Assembly (NCBI GenBank): GCA_965369655.1
Contig: CBDUQR010000001.1
Location: 32,001 to 96,000, forward strand
DNA length: 64,000 bases
Source of the DNA: an uncultured bacterium
GTDB lineage: Bacteria; Zixibacteria; MSB-5A5; JAABVY01; JAHJOQ01
Direction of reading: 5' to 3'
Under the pieces are notes generated by a model. The model searched no databases. It had not been told where the DNA came from and was given only the letters and a program-made list of their open reading frames with translations. Position numbers and translations under genes: made by a program. This document shows positions 40,740-50,150 of the stretch, piece by piece; within the stretch, counting starts at the first letter, position 1; each line of letters starts with the position of its first letter.

Positions 40740-41168
40740 TCAGTTGGATTGTGATCTCTCATTAGTATCCGCCTTAAACTCCCTTAGAAAATAACTCCCA
40801 AATGCTTCGTTGAGATTTGCTACCCAATCGACCGTCCCCTGAGATTCATCCCAAAAATCCACAAACCGTTGGTCCCAGTACTTCCTTTGAAAATGGAACG
40901 TTCCGTTTCTAAATCTTCTCAATAGTTCAACATTTGGTGATTGCAACAAAGTGTCAACGATTGGATCCTGTAAACCAAGTTCTACCCAACCCTCGACTAC
41001 AACGTATAGCGAGCCATACCAATGTGACATGAACAATCCAAGTTTATCAGCCCAAATCACTTCATTGTTTTTATCGCGCTGTTGAACAGCATCATAAAAA
41101 TAAGTCCTAAGGCTGTTCGCCCATATGAAATACCTATGTAGACTCAAGAATGCTTGGGGATCTTTCAC
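40740..41168 (-). CDS. AT-rich small helical protein with HEPN-like RxxxxH motif
   Basis: GTG start at 41168 after GAGGA; LRRFRNGTFH motif; 142 aa. Confidence 0.6.
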   Translation of the reverse strand: MKDPQAFLSLHRYFIWANSLRTYFYDAVQQRDKNNEVIWADKLGLFMSHWYGSLYVVVEGWVELGLQDPIVDTLLQSPNVELLRRFRNGTFHFQRKYWDQRFVDFWDESQGTVDWVANLNEAFGSYFLREFKADTNERSQSN

Positions 41169-41182
41169 TTTATAATTCCTCA

Positions 41183-41200
41183 CTCTGGGTGGGCTACCGA
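41183..41200 (-). repeat. Half-REP, copy B of the 18-bp direct repeat
   Basis: CTCTGGGTGGGCTACCGA, identical to 40718-40735. Confidence 0.85.
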
Positions 41201-42144
41201 TTACCAATCACATTACTCATCAGTTGAATTGCTGCCTCTTCATCTTCTGCATCAAACACAACAATGACATAATTCCGCTCAATCATTGCCGTGACCCACT
41301 TGCTGTTCTCGGTCTGTGATGTGCCGCTGTCTGAAGCGTCGGGAATATATGAGATCAGGAAATTCCTATACGCCTGTGCGGCGCGATCTGCGTTCGGATA
41401 CATGATATACAAAAGATAATGGCCGCCCGGTTTGTACGTAGCGAGCACGGCTTCAGTGTCTCTGTCGAGCTCGAGTATGTTGTCATCCGCGACATAGTAG
41501 TGATAATTCAGCGATGTATACAGATGGAAATACCGAATGCTGTTCGTGTCGAGTCCATCGGGTGGGAGTAGTCTCAGGATATCCGGCTTCTCTCCGACAG
41601 CAGCGATGTTCCTCTCGATTGCCTCTGCAAATTGATATATTGCGGCCTTGCTTTCGGGTGTCTCCTTCTCCGCCATAATAGAAACATAGAAACGATCTTT
41701 CCAGAAGCTTAGAAGTCCTGAACGGTACTCAGCGCCGTTGCCGGGATGATCGACTTCGTTCTCGCGCGAATGGCTGAACACGCCGTACGCATCTTCGGAT
41801 GTTGTCATGTCGAATACTTCGACTGTAATCTCCGGCATGCCATCGCGCATGTATCGTCTGACCACCATTTCACGATATGAATAGAGCCTGTAGATTTCCC
41901 CCGCGCCATTCATGTAACGAAAGATACCGATTGTATCGTATGTCTCGCCATCGCTCTCAGCTTTCCACCCGGCCATCTCATCCGGCATTAGATCATGCAT
42001 ATTCGTAACGCCTCTCGATTCGTCATTCTCTCCACAGCCATGTGCAGCAACCAATATCATAATCGCAGTCAGGCACACACCGAATAGGGCAGACATTGAC
42101 TCATGCCCCAAGTGGGCATGAGCTACAAGACTATGTTTTCTCAT
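41194..42144 (-). CDS. DUF6599-like lipoprotein
   Basis: Lipobox-like AHGC; IFRYMNGAGEIY, VEVFDM..DAYGVFS, FWKDRFYV. Confidence 0.7.
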   Translation of the reverse strand: MRKHSLVAHAHLGHESMSALFGVCLTAIMILVAAHGCGENDESRGVTNMHDLMPDEMAGWKAESDGETYDTIGIFRYMNGAGEIYRLYSYREMVVRRYMRDGMPEITVEVFDMTTSEDAYGVFSHSRENEVDHPGNGAEYRSGLLSFWKDRFYVSIMAEKETPESKAAIYQFAEAIERNIAAVGEKPDILRLLPPDGLDTNSIRYFHLYTSLNYHYYVADDNILELDRDTEAVLATYKPGGHYLLYIMYPNADRAAQAYRNFLISYIPDASDSGTSQTENSKWVTAMIERNYVIVVFDAEDEEAAIQLMSNVIGNR

Positions 42145-43000
42145 GATCTCGCTCCAGGTATTTTGTTAATGGATACACACATTCATCCGGCAGTTGCTGC
42201 CCGGCGAGACACAGGAGCGATCGCGAACCATTCCTGCCATCTCTGTCACTTCCGTCAATCAGGCATCCGAACCGGCAGCCGAGACATTTCTCGGTCTGGA
42301 TATCGATCCTCGATGCGGTCGCAGCGGCAACATCGGCTTCGGTCCGGCTCCATTCCGGTTCGTTTCCATTTTTCGTGACTTCCATATTGTGGAGCCTCGT
42401 GAACACCAGCCTGCCGCGATCGAAATTCAGCACAGCGCGACATGAAATCTTGTCGCCTTCGGAAAGCTGGTATCTTTCCTGAGTCTTGTCTGATATCCGC
42501 GCGAAACAGGTGTCATCGAACAGGTCGATATTGACATGCGCGCTGTCGAACACAGCCAGCCAGTTGCGGAAAACATAGCGTTCGCGATTCGGATGGCCTA
42601 TGGTCCTGAAGTTTGGCTTGATCGTTCTCACCACAGCTTCGAGTTCGATTTTCCTCCCTGCGACATCGCTGAGCCAGTAGTCGAACTCTTCCATATCCAA
42701 TTTGAACTTCCGGAAATCAATGTCCGAGATGTTCAGCTTCGGCTTCTGTATGTATTTATCCTCGAAGAACTCCTTGCAGCTAAAACAAAGCCTGCCGACA
42801 TGTTTGAACTTCTTCGGGCATGCATGACCTTTGTCGAGCAAACGACACTTCCACATAAAGACGATACAGCCATCCGGATAACACTTCTTCTCGTTGAGGA
42901 TATGATGCGGCGTTACCATGCCGCCAAATCTGTAGTGCGCGGAGTGGGGGCAACTGAAAACATCCGAGCGCTTGTAGAGATTTTTGAAAACTTTGCGCAT
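42131..43000 (-). CDS. Cys-rich hypothetical protein
   Basis: Cys/His clusters (CPHSAH, CYPDGC, CFSC, CLGCRFGC) around a beta-rich central region. Confidence 0.7.
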   Translation of the reverse strand: MRKVFKNLYKRSDVFSCPHSAHYRFGGMVTPHHILNEKKCYPDGCIVFMWKCRLLDKGHACPKKFKHVGRLCFSCKEFFEDKYIQKPKLNISDIDFRKFKLDMEEFDYWLSDVAGRKIELEAVVRTIKPNFRTIGHPNRERYVFRNWLAVFDSAHVNIDLFDDTCFARISDKTQERYQLSEGDKISCRAVLNFDRGRLVFTRLHNMEVTKNGNEPEWSRTEADVAAATASRIDIQTEKCLGCRFGCLIDGSDRDGRNGSRSLLCLAGQQLPDECVYPLTKYLERDHEKT

Positions 43001-43333
43001 AAGCCCTCGAAATGAATACGATACATATATAGTTGTCTGTCGCTGTTTCTCCAAGTAATAAACGCTTCTGTTCAACTCCCGCGCAGCATCAGAGCTGTCA
43101 GTGGATCACGTGTCTAATCGGTCGTAGTACTGTTCACATCTGAAACGGTTACGCGACATGTGATTGAAGTCACAGTCCCCAACAATGTATTGACTATCTC
43201 CCATAAAACTGATGTCGATATGGCTTCCATCTGAGCAGCAGCGCGAGTTGTCCAATATCTACACAGCTCACATCACCTTGAGAAACAACGCATTACGGTA
43301 ATAACACCGCCTCCTGTGAGATACGATTCCGGA

Positions 43334-43349
43334 CGGCACCGCCGTTGCA
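43334..43349 (+). promoter_or_regulatory. sigma54 -24/-12 promoter
   Basis: CGGCACCGCCGTTGCA (GG-N10-GC), ~50 nt before GTG 43399. Confidence 0.65.
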
Positions 43350-43398
43350 ATAGAGACTCGCGAGTGCTTTTGACGAGCTTCTTACGAGAGGAGTTGGG

Positions 43399-43617
43399 GT
43401 GAAGGTCAAGTTTACTCTTACGATGGATGACCTGACAGTCTCAGGTGACCACTACGATGAGGTCACAATCGACTGGGTCTCTGAGGTCGCGCAGGACGAA
43501 GTCCTTCGATTATCACAGCAGTGGATCACATCACAGAACTTCCTTACACATCGGATGGTAGGCCTGACCAACGTAGGCGAGTCATCGCTTACAATTGAAC
43601 CGATGGAAGGACGCTGA
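43399..43617 (+). CDS. Small hypothetical protein
   Basis: Strong RBS GAGAGGAG; 72 aa, protein-like composition. Confidence 0.7.
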   Translation: MKVKFTLTMDDLTVSGDHYDEVTIDWVSEVAQDEVLRLSQQWITSQNFLTHRMVGLTNVGESSLTIEPMEGR

Positions 43618-43634
43618 CACTGGGATCGAATCTC

Positions 43635-43958
43635 ATGGAAATCAACATTGACCAGATCGCGGCATTTGTGACTCCCATACTCGATATGTTCTCGGAGCAT
43701 GCCGTTGAGGTCGATGAGTTCCTGAGATCCCACATCACTTTCGTTCCGCCGGTAGTCATCTATCTGGCGATCTTCATGCTCGCGGCAGCCCTGATAGTAC
43801 ATGCGACGAAGGTAGCTTTCAAGCTGGCGATATTTGTCGTCCTTCCCACAATCGGATCTGCGTTCCTCGTCACACAAGTGTTTCCCGCACTTCAGACGAC
43901 GACGGTGCTACCTGCGGCGGCAGCAATCTTCGCAGGACTGTTCATCCTGAAAAGGTGA
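43635..43958 (+). CDS. Small membrane protein
   Basis: Three hydrophobic segments; co-oriented 17 nt downstream of the previous gene. Confidence 0.65.
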   Translation: MEINIDQIAAFVTPILDMFSEHAVEVDEFLRSHITFVPPVVIYLAIFMLAAALIVHATKVAFKLAIFVVLPTIGSAFLVTQVFPALQTTTVLPAAAAIFAGLFILKR

Positions 43959-44184
43959 CATCGCGTTACGTCTATTCGAAAAGAAACAGAAGTCAATTCA
44001 TAGATACTGGCCTGCACCTAACTCCTGGAATGTATCCGTTCTGATATCTGCGACATCGCTCTATAGCGCACACTCGCTGACTGTGGACTGAAACCCACAG
44101 TCAGAAGTCAAATCGCGCATGTCCCCAAGTGAAACGGCCGCGGAAGTCTCGATCCGACAAGCGCTTCGGGTGCATGCCATAGAT

Positions 44185-44200
44185 CGGCATGCCTGTTGCG
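44185..44200 (+). promoter_or_regulatory. sigma54 -24/-12 promoter
   Basis: CGGCATGCCTGTTGCG (GG-N10-GC) upstream of 44236. Confidence 0.55.
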
Positions 44201-44235
44201 AATACATGTACTGACAATGAGTAACAACGGGAGGA

Positions 44236-44418
44236 ATGACTATGTGGTTCCGTCGAAGGACCCGGCGCGAGCGGTGCCCGATATGCTCCAGCAGGCTCAG
44301 TATGATCGGAAAGCGTCGCGTCTGCCGGTCGTGTTGCATTGAAATCGAAGGTTCGAGCCTCAAGCCGCTGAAAGACCTCGACTGGTACGGCCATCTGCGT
44401 GTCGATCAGAATCGCTGA
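44236..44418 (+). CDS. Small zinc-ribbon-like protein
   Basis: RBS GGGAGGA; CPIC...CRSC. Confidence 0.6.
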   Translation: MTMWFRRRTRRERCPICSSRLSMIGKRRVCRSCCIEIEGSSLKPLKDLDWYGHLRVDQNR

Positions 44419-44430
44419 GCAGCTATCGGT

Positions 44431-44913
44431 ATGAAAGAAACCAGGCGCTGTGCCATTTGCGGGAAGAGCATGAAGGAGTTCAAGGGCATCTTCATGTGTC
44501 TTTCCTGCAACGACAAGTATGGGGAGTACTACAATTTCTTCTCATCCGCGGTCGCTGATTTCAAGAACTCCAGCGGCAAAGATGTGGTGATGATCGAATG
44601 CCCCGGTGTTACGATCTACGATGAGACGAACTCCAATGTGATCCGCGGAGTCAAATGGAATGATCCGCAGGATTTCTCAAAGGGATATGTCATCGTCGGG
44701 AGTCCAATGTATGCGCCCGGTCACAAGCCGAAACGAGTCGTGCCGAGCGACAAACGCAACAACATCGCGCGCTGCAAGGCATGCCAGGATTTCACAGTAC
44801 GAATGAGGATATTCAATAATCAAAAAATGAAAGGCGAGTTCACGCACGAATCGCCGTTGATGCCGAGAGATCATCCCCGCGACGGTTTCAGCCCTCGCAA
44901 CATCACAACCTGA
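44431..44913 (+). CDS. Cys-rich hypothetical protein
   Basis: CAIC...CLSC, ECPG, CKAC. Confidence 0.7.
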   Translation: MKETRRCAICGKSMKEFKGIFMCLSCNDKYGEYYNFFSSAVADFKNSSGKDVVMIECPGVTIYDETNSNVIRGVKWNDPQDFSKGYVIVGSPMYAPGHKPKRVVPSDKRNNIARCKACQDFTVRMRIFNNQKMKGEFTHESPLMPRDHPRDGFSPRNITT

Positions 44914-45082
44914 ATACAAACGCCGGGAGCCATGTCCTCCGACCTGTAACGGCTCGGTGGTGGTTATATCTTATTGTCCCAGTATTAGTTGCATAGATAA
45001 TCGAGTAGGCTCGTACTCTGGACCATCAAGCTAGTATCATGTCCCAGGAATCAATTCACAATAAAAAGCGGCAAATTAAATC

Positions 45083-45131
45083 GTGGCATGGGCATCTTGC
45101 CCATGATTCACGGGCAGGATGCCCGTGCTAC
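45083..45131. repeat. Paired REP-like element (GTAGCACGGGCATCCTGCCCGTG family)
   Basis: GTGGCATGGGCATCTTGCCCATG and inverted CACGGGCAGGATGCCCGTGCTAC. Confidence 0.75.
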
Positions 45132-45398
45132 TACAAAAAAATATATAAACATATACCCGGGACACGACACTAGCAAGAAATGTACGAACTGTCAGAATCG
45201 CCTGCTGACTGTCCAGAAACTGGACAATCTGGGTTCGTGCTAATTCGTTATCATCCAAGAGGTTTCCCCAAAGCCTAATTCCCTATCCACAAAAGCGTCG
45301 AGATCGCGGACACTTTGATTAAAAACAGCTCTCCGACCAAACGTTACCATCAAGTTCAACTCATTGTTACACGGCGACTTACACATACAGTGATGGGG

Positions 45399-45414
45399 TG
45401 GCATGACTGTTGCT
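45399..45414 (+). promoter_or_regulatory. sigma54 -24/-12 promoter of the PEP-CTERM pair
   Basis: TGGCATGACTGTTGCT, near-perfect match to TGGCACG-N4-TTGCW. Confidence 0.8.
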
Positions 45415-45487
45415 CAGTATTTGAGCAAGGAAGTGTACAGATTTGAAGAATTATGAGTCACATATTCAATATTCCGGGAGGAAAGAA

Positions 45488-46135
45488 ATGAAGAAACTGA
45501 CAAGAATCGCACTGACACTCGCGATGGCTTTTGCACTCTGCGGAACCGCCAACGCAGCCTGGTTCCTCGATTTCGAGTGGGGACTCGGCCATGACGATGA
45601 GCAGATCGCATCCGGTATCCCGGGCCTTCAGTTCACCAGTACAGGTGATTTCGATTGGCTCTACGCCGACATCACAACTGGTTCTTACAGCGTCACCAGC
45701 GACAACGGCTCAACCTACGGTGGTGAATGGTATTTCATGTCTGGTGATGTGTTTGCATGGCTTGGACGGAACGCCGATATGGGCAGGATTGATTTCCTCG
45801 GTGGCGACGGTTCGTGGTTCACCACGGGCTATTGCTCGTTTAGCGATTTCTATCTTGAAGCCTATGATCAGTTTGACAACCAGCTCGATATAGCTGTAGG
45901 CGCACCGAACACGACGGATGACGGTGGTACCGGCTTGAATTATCTTACGGTGACATCCGGCTTGAGCAATATTTCTTATGTACTGATGCACGACACTGGA
46001 AACCAGTGGCTTGCTGACAATATGTCGGGCGATGCTTCTGATGTCGAGGATCCGTCAATCCCTGAGCCGACAACGCTACTGCTTCTCGGCGCCGGGCTGC
46101 TCGGCGGCGGCATCCTTAGGAAAAGAATTCGATAG
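45488..46135 (+). CDS. PEP-CTERM sorting-domain protein (paralog 1)
   Basis: Signal peptide; C-terminal IPEPTTLLLLGAGLLGGGILRKRIR. Confidence 0.92.
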   Translation: MKKLTRIALTLAMAFALCGTANAAWFLDFEWGLGHDDEQIASGIPGLQFTSTGDFDWLYADITTGSYSVTSDNGSTYGGEWYFMSGDVFAWLGRNADMGRIDFLGGDGSWFTTGYCSFSDFYLEAYDQFDNQLDIAVGAPNTTDDGGTGLNYLTVTSGLSNISYVLMHDTGNQWLADNMSGDASDVEDPSIPEPTTLLLLGAGLLGGGILRKRIR

Positions 46136-46150
46136 AGTCAGGAGGCTATT

Positions 46151-46804
46151 ATGACAAAAGTTATTGCAACAGTTGCGCTGGCCGTAATCATGACTCTGGC
46201 GATCTCGACACCCGGTCATGCCTGGTTCCTCGATTTCGAGTGGGCACTCGGCCAAAACTGGCAGGACATCTCGAACGATGTTTCCGGGCTTAACTTCACC
46301 ACGACAGACGGTAACGACTGGCTGTATGCGGACATCAATTCCGGCATGTACAATGTGCAGAATAATCTTGGCGACTGGTACGGGAGTGGTGAGTGGCACC
46401 TGAGTGAATATGTTTTCGCATGGCTTGGACCGCACCAGGATGCCGGTCGTATCGATTTCCTGAACAAGGATGCGTCGTTCTTCACGGTTGGTTACAACTC
46501 GTTCTTCAATTTTTATGTCGAAGCGTACGACGAATTCGACAACATGATCGATGTAACAATCGGCCCTCCGAATACCATGTCGTACGGTGGTACCGGGCTC
46601 GACTATCTGACTGTCAATGCCCCGGGCAATGATATGGCATATGTCATTCTTCATGACACTGGCGACATGTGGCTGGTAGATAATATGTCCGGTGACGCGA
46701 GCGGAGTCGATGAAACGCCCATTCCCGAGCCGGCAACGCTTCTGCTGCTCGGCACAGGTCTGATTGCTGGCGGAATCCTCCGTCGCAAGTACCGCAGGAA
46801 GTAG
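46151..46804 (+). CDS. PEP-CTERM sorting-domain protein (paralog 2)
   Basis: Signal peptide; IPEPATLLLLGTGLIAGGILRRKYRRK; colinear with paralog 1. Confidence 0.92.
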   Translation: MTKVIATVALAVIMTLAISTPGHAWFLDFEWALGQNWQDISNDVSGLNFTTTDGNDWLYADINSGMYNVQNNLGDWYGSGEWHLSEYVFAWLGPHQDAGRIDFLNKDASFFTVGYNSFFNFYVEAYDEFDNMIDVTIGPPNTMSYGGTGLDYLTVNAPGNDMAYVILHDTGDMWLVDNMSGDASGVDETPIPEPATLLLLGTGLIAGGILRRKYRRK

Positions 46805-46830
46805 TCACACAGCAATACTTCGATTTACGA

Positions 46831-46855
46831 GGGGTCGCTCACGCGGCCCCTTTTT
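46831..46855 (+). terminator. Intrinsic terminator
   Basis: GGGGTCGC-TCAC-GCGGCCCC followed by T5. Confidence 0.75.
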
Positions 46856-47013
46856 CTATCCGAAAAACTCGATCGAACAGGTTCCACAAGTGCGGAAAGG
46901 GCTGCGGACTGCTGACAGGAAGCAGATTAAACGGTGACCGATAGATACAAATAAAGCGGCCCGCCTGCAAGCAGACAAACCGCCCGAGATTAGTTCGTAC
47001 CCCTTCCGACCAC

Positions 47014-48384
47014 TTATACGACAAGAAGCTTCATCAGTTCCGAGATCGAATCGACCTTTTCGAGATTGTAGACGGCATCCCTGATCCTGGTTCTGCGATC
47101 ATCAGAGAGAAAATCTGCGGTCAGACCGTAGAACTTGTCAATCAGATCATTGTCCGTCATCGTCTCCCTCGGATCGCCTTTCGCATAATCGACTCGCTGT
47201 GAGAGCGTCTTCCCTGTCTTCATCCCGATATCGACAACTGATGGTTGCAGCTTCGGGAATTCGGCTTCGAGTCGAGCATCGGCTACGACTTTGATCTTCT
47301 GGATCAGATCGATCAGCTTCTGATCGGCGATCCGTTCTTTCTTGAATTGCAGCGGCGTCACCATTCTATCCATGATAGCCGCCCCGACACAGTAGGGCAT
47401 CGAGTGATCGGCAGTCTCTTTCGACGTCGGATGATACTTCGTTGGATCAGCCAGGATATCGACAGCGCGCGCGATTGTATGCACGGTGACTTCTTCGACA
47501 TCCTCCCACTTGATGTCATGCTCTTTCACCAGTTTCAGCGCAGCGGTAACTGGGGACTGGGTAAGGAACTCAGTTGGGAACGCTTTGAACGAACAATCCT
47601 TGATCTTGAATTGACTTCCGAGACCATCGAACAATGCTTCTTCTTTGTAGCCCTCTCCCATCTCCTGACAGAATCCCTCTTTGCCCTCGAAGATCGCTTC
47701 GGTACCGATATACCCCTGTTGCGCGAGTAGTGCCGCGAGAACTCCCGACTGTGTCGCCATCGGATCGACAGTGTTTTTCATCATGGTCAACTTGCCGGCG
47801 GCGACAGCGCCGAGCGTGAAATTGTGGCAGCCCGAAATGCCAACTGCATTAGTGAGTTGATCGACATTCAGACCGAGCATCTTTCCGGCGACAAGGGGCG
47901 ATATAAACTGTGTCAATGTTGCATGGTGCCAGCCGCGCTCACGAATTCCGGGAGTGACATACTCGCAGAGCCGCATCTCAAGTTCGTGACCGATGATGAT
48001 ACCGACCAGGATATCCTTGCCTGACTTGCCCTCGCGCTCCCCAACCGCAAGCGCCGCAGGGATTATGTCTGACGGATGCGACGGGTCCTCTTTCCAGTAT
48101 ATATCGTTGTAATCCATTACGCGAACCATCAGAGCATTCGCCAGCGTTGCCATGAAAGCATTTGTCCTGAAACCGGTAGCGATAAGAGTTGCCTCCGGCG
48201 TTCCGCCGAGATTTTCAATGACGCTCAGAGACATTTTGCAGTCCTCGGCTCGATGTCCGCCGAGCGCGCATCCCAGTGTGTCGAACAGGAATCTTTTTGC
48301 GTGACGAATCGATTCGCTGTCGATGTCATTGAATTTCAGATTGTACACGAACTCGGCGAATCGTCTCGAAATTGTCTTTTCCAT
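47014..48384 (-). CDS. MmgE/PrpD family protein (2-methylcitrate dehydratase-like)
   Basis: RVMDYND, SHPSD, GWHH, ETADHSMPY. Confidence 0.9.
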   Translation of the reverse strand: MEKTISRRFAEFVYNLKFNDIDSESIRHAKRFLFDTLGCALGGHRAEDCKMSLSVIENLGGTPEATLIATGFRTNAFMATLANALMVRVMDYNDIYWKEDPSHPSDIIPAALAVGEREGKSGKDILVGIIIGHELEMRLCEYVTPGIRERGWHHATLTQFISPLVAGKMLGLNVDQLTNAVGISGCHNFTLGAVAAGKLTMMKNTVDPMATQSGVLAALLAQQGYIGTEAIFEGKEGFCQEMGEGYKEEALFDGLGSQFKIKDCSFKAFPTEFLTQSPVTAALKLVKEHDIKWEDVEEVTVHTIARAVDILADPTKYHPTSKETADHSMPYCVGAAIMDRMVTPLQFKKERIADQKLIDLIQKIKVVADARLEAEFPKLQPSVVDIGMKTGKTLSQRVDYAKGDPRETMTDNDLIDKFYGLTADFLSDDRRTRIRDAVYNLEKVDSISELMKLLVV

Positions 48385-48607
48385 CAGGTCATCCTCGTTC
48401 TTGCTATGCAGAACTTAGTCCGCGACATGCGATCTCACGGAATCCACTTTCAGGCGCGTAAACTAAGGTCGCCGCATGAAAAAGCAACCGAAAAAGGAAT
48501 CACAGCGATCTGACATGATAGAAATCGGTTGATCCTTGTCGGCTTTTGAATTACGTTGCGCCAAAGGAAATTGTGAAGCACAGTTCGATATCAGAGAGGA
48601 AAATGCA

Positions 48608-49129
48608 ATGAGCAGGACAGAGGAAAATCTCAAAGCGGCATTTGCCGGTGAATCGCAAGCCAGAAACAAGTACACGTATTTTGCGAAGGTGGCGAGGAAA
48701 GAAGGCTATCACTATATCGCGAAGATTTTCGAGGAGACCGCGGACAACGAAATGCGTCACGCAAAAGACGAATTCGCTATGCTTGGCGGCATCGGCGATA
48801 CGATTGCGAACCTGAAGGAAGCCATCGACGGGGAGAACTACGAGACCACCGAGATGTATCCTGAGTTTGCGAAAGCCGCCAAAGATGAAGACAACACTGC
48901 TGCGGCAACTTTGTTCGAGCAGATCGCCAAAGTCGAGGCGCATCACCGCGACCGGTACAAGAAGCTGCTCGATATGGTCGAGGCTGGAACGGTCTACAAA
49001 CGCGAGAAACCGATCAAATGGAAATGCAGCGTGTGCGGGTATGTGCATGAAGGCACCGAACCACCGGAGAAGTGCCCGAGCTGTCAGCATCCGAAAGAAT
49101 ACTACGAACCGGCGAGTATGGATTTCTAA
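48608..49129 (+). CDS. rbr: Rubrerythrin
   Basis: AFAGESQARNKY, EMRH, EAHH, CSVC...CPSC. Confidence 0.93.
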   Translation: MSRTEENLKAAFAGESQARNKYTYFAKVARKEGYHYIAKIFEETADNEMRHAKDEFAMLGGIGDTIANLKEAIDGENYETTEMYPEFAKAAKDEDNTAAATLFEQIAKVEAHHRDRYKKLLDMVEAGTVYKREKPIKWKCSVCGYVHEGTEPPEKCPSCQHPKEYYEPASMDF

Positions 49130-49158
49130 GTTTCATCGCGATGATATAGTATACAAAG

Positions 49159-49185
49159 AATCGCCGGGGCATCGCCTCGGCGATT
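49159..49185. repeat. Palindrome between convergent genes (REP-like or terminator)
   Basis: AATCGCCGGGGC-ATC-GCCTCGGCGATT. Confidence 0.5.
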
Positions 49186-49238
49186 GTGGTCGCTATATAG
49201 AACTTGGAGGATAAGCTCATGCTCAGTCCATTGAAGTG

Positions 49239-50096
49239 TTAGAATTCAGGTTCTGAACCAGCGTACTTTCTTACGAAACTTTCATTGAAGGTTTTAGACT
49301 TAAATGAGGCATATACCCATCGCTTGGCGGAAATAACTGTCCCCCGGTTGAACGAGTTAACTTGATTGTTGGTTAACGAAACAAAACAGTCTTCACCGTT
49401 CCCCCATCCAGCCACTACTGCCAAGTGTTTTGAAATCGGAAACGTCAGTGAGACATCTTTTGACAGAAGCCCAGAGGAGTATGCTTGTTTCGGACTGCGC
49501 CCGGGTACATTGTAGTAAACTGGGTTATCGGATGTGACGAATCTATGACCATCTGTAGATCGAGCAATGAACCACCTCATTCGTGAAATCAGAGTGGCGT
49601 ACTTCCTAGCTGAATCCATTATTGCCAATTTCCACCCACTGTCGGCGACCTCTTCCCAAAATAAATCATCTGCAAAGGAAGAGTCAACATGAGCAAAGTC
49701 CTCATCTTGCTCTCTTTTGCGACTCAAGTATCTGCGTGCCTGTCTCCTGTAATTAGGAACTCTGACCAGCATAACTGCGATGAAGTGTGAGAATTGGTTT
49801 TTCTGTAGACTGTCCAACTCGTGGTCAGACTCCAATGTTCGGACTATTTCAGCACAAGCACCCTCCAAAGGAGATAGGAACTCCTCAATTGACTGTGTGT
49901 CCTTTTCTTGATCCCTAAATTCAAGAGTGTGGAAATCCTTCATTACTCCTGCGTTTTTAGTAGAGACCTTCCTTATCAGCCCTCCATCCTTTTCATACAT
50001 CCACAAAAACCGTTTGTCGCCTTTGGAAAGATGAGAATCGGCGAAGCCATTCAGATAGAACCGGGATATGAAATGATGGCGCTTTGTCTGCCCCAT
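49239..50096 (-). CDS. DUF4238 domain protein (AT-rich)
   Basis: HHFISRFYLNGF N-terminal motif; FVTSDNPV; FPIS. Confidence 0.85.
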   Translation of the reverse strand: MGQTKRHHFISRFYLNGFADSHLSKGDKRFLWMYEKDGGLIRKVSTKNAGVMKDFHTLEFRDQEKDTQSIEEFLSPLEGACAEIVRTLESDHELDSLQKNQFSHFIAVMLVRVPNYRRQARRYLSRKREQDEDFAHVDSSFADDLFWEEVADSGWKLAIMDSARKYATLISRMRWFIARSTDGHRFVTSDNPVYYNVPGRSPKQAYSSGLLSKDVSLTFPISKHLAVVAGWGNGEDCFVSLTNNQVNSFNRGTVISAKRWVYASFKSKTFNESFVRKYAGSEPEF

Positions 50097-50150
50097 AAGG
50101 ACAAATGCTCCGATTGTGTTACTACTATACGCTCAAGATTCATCTACTGA

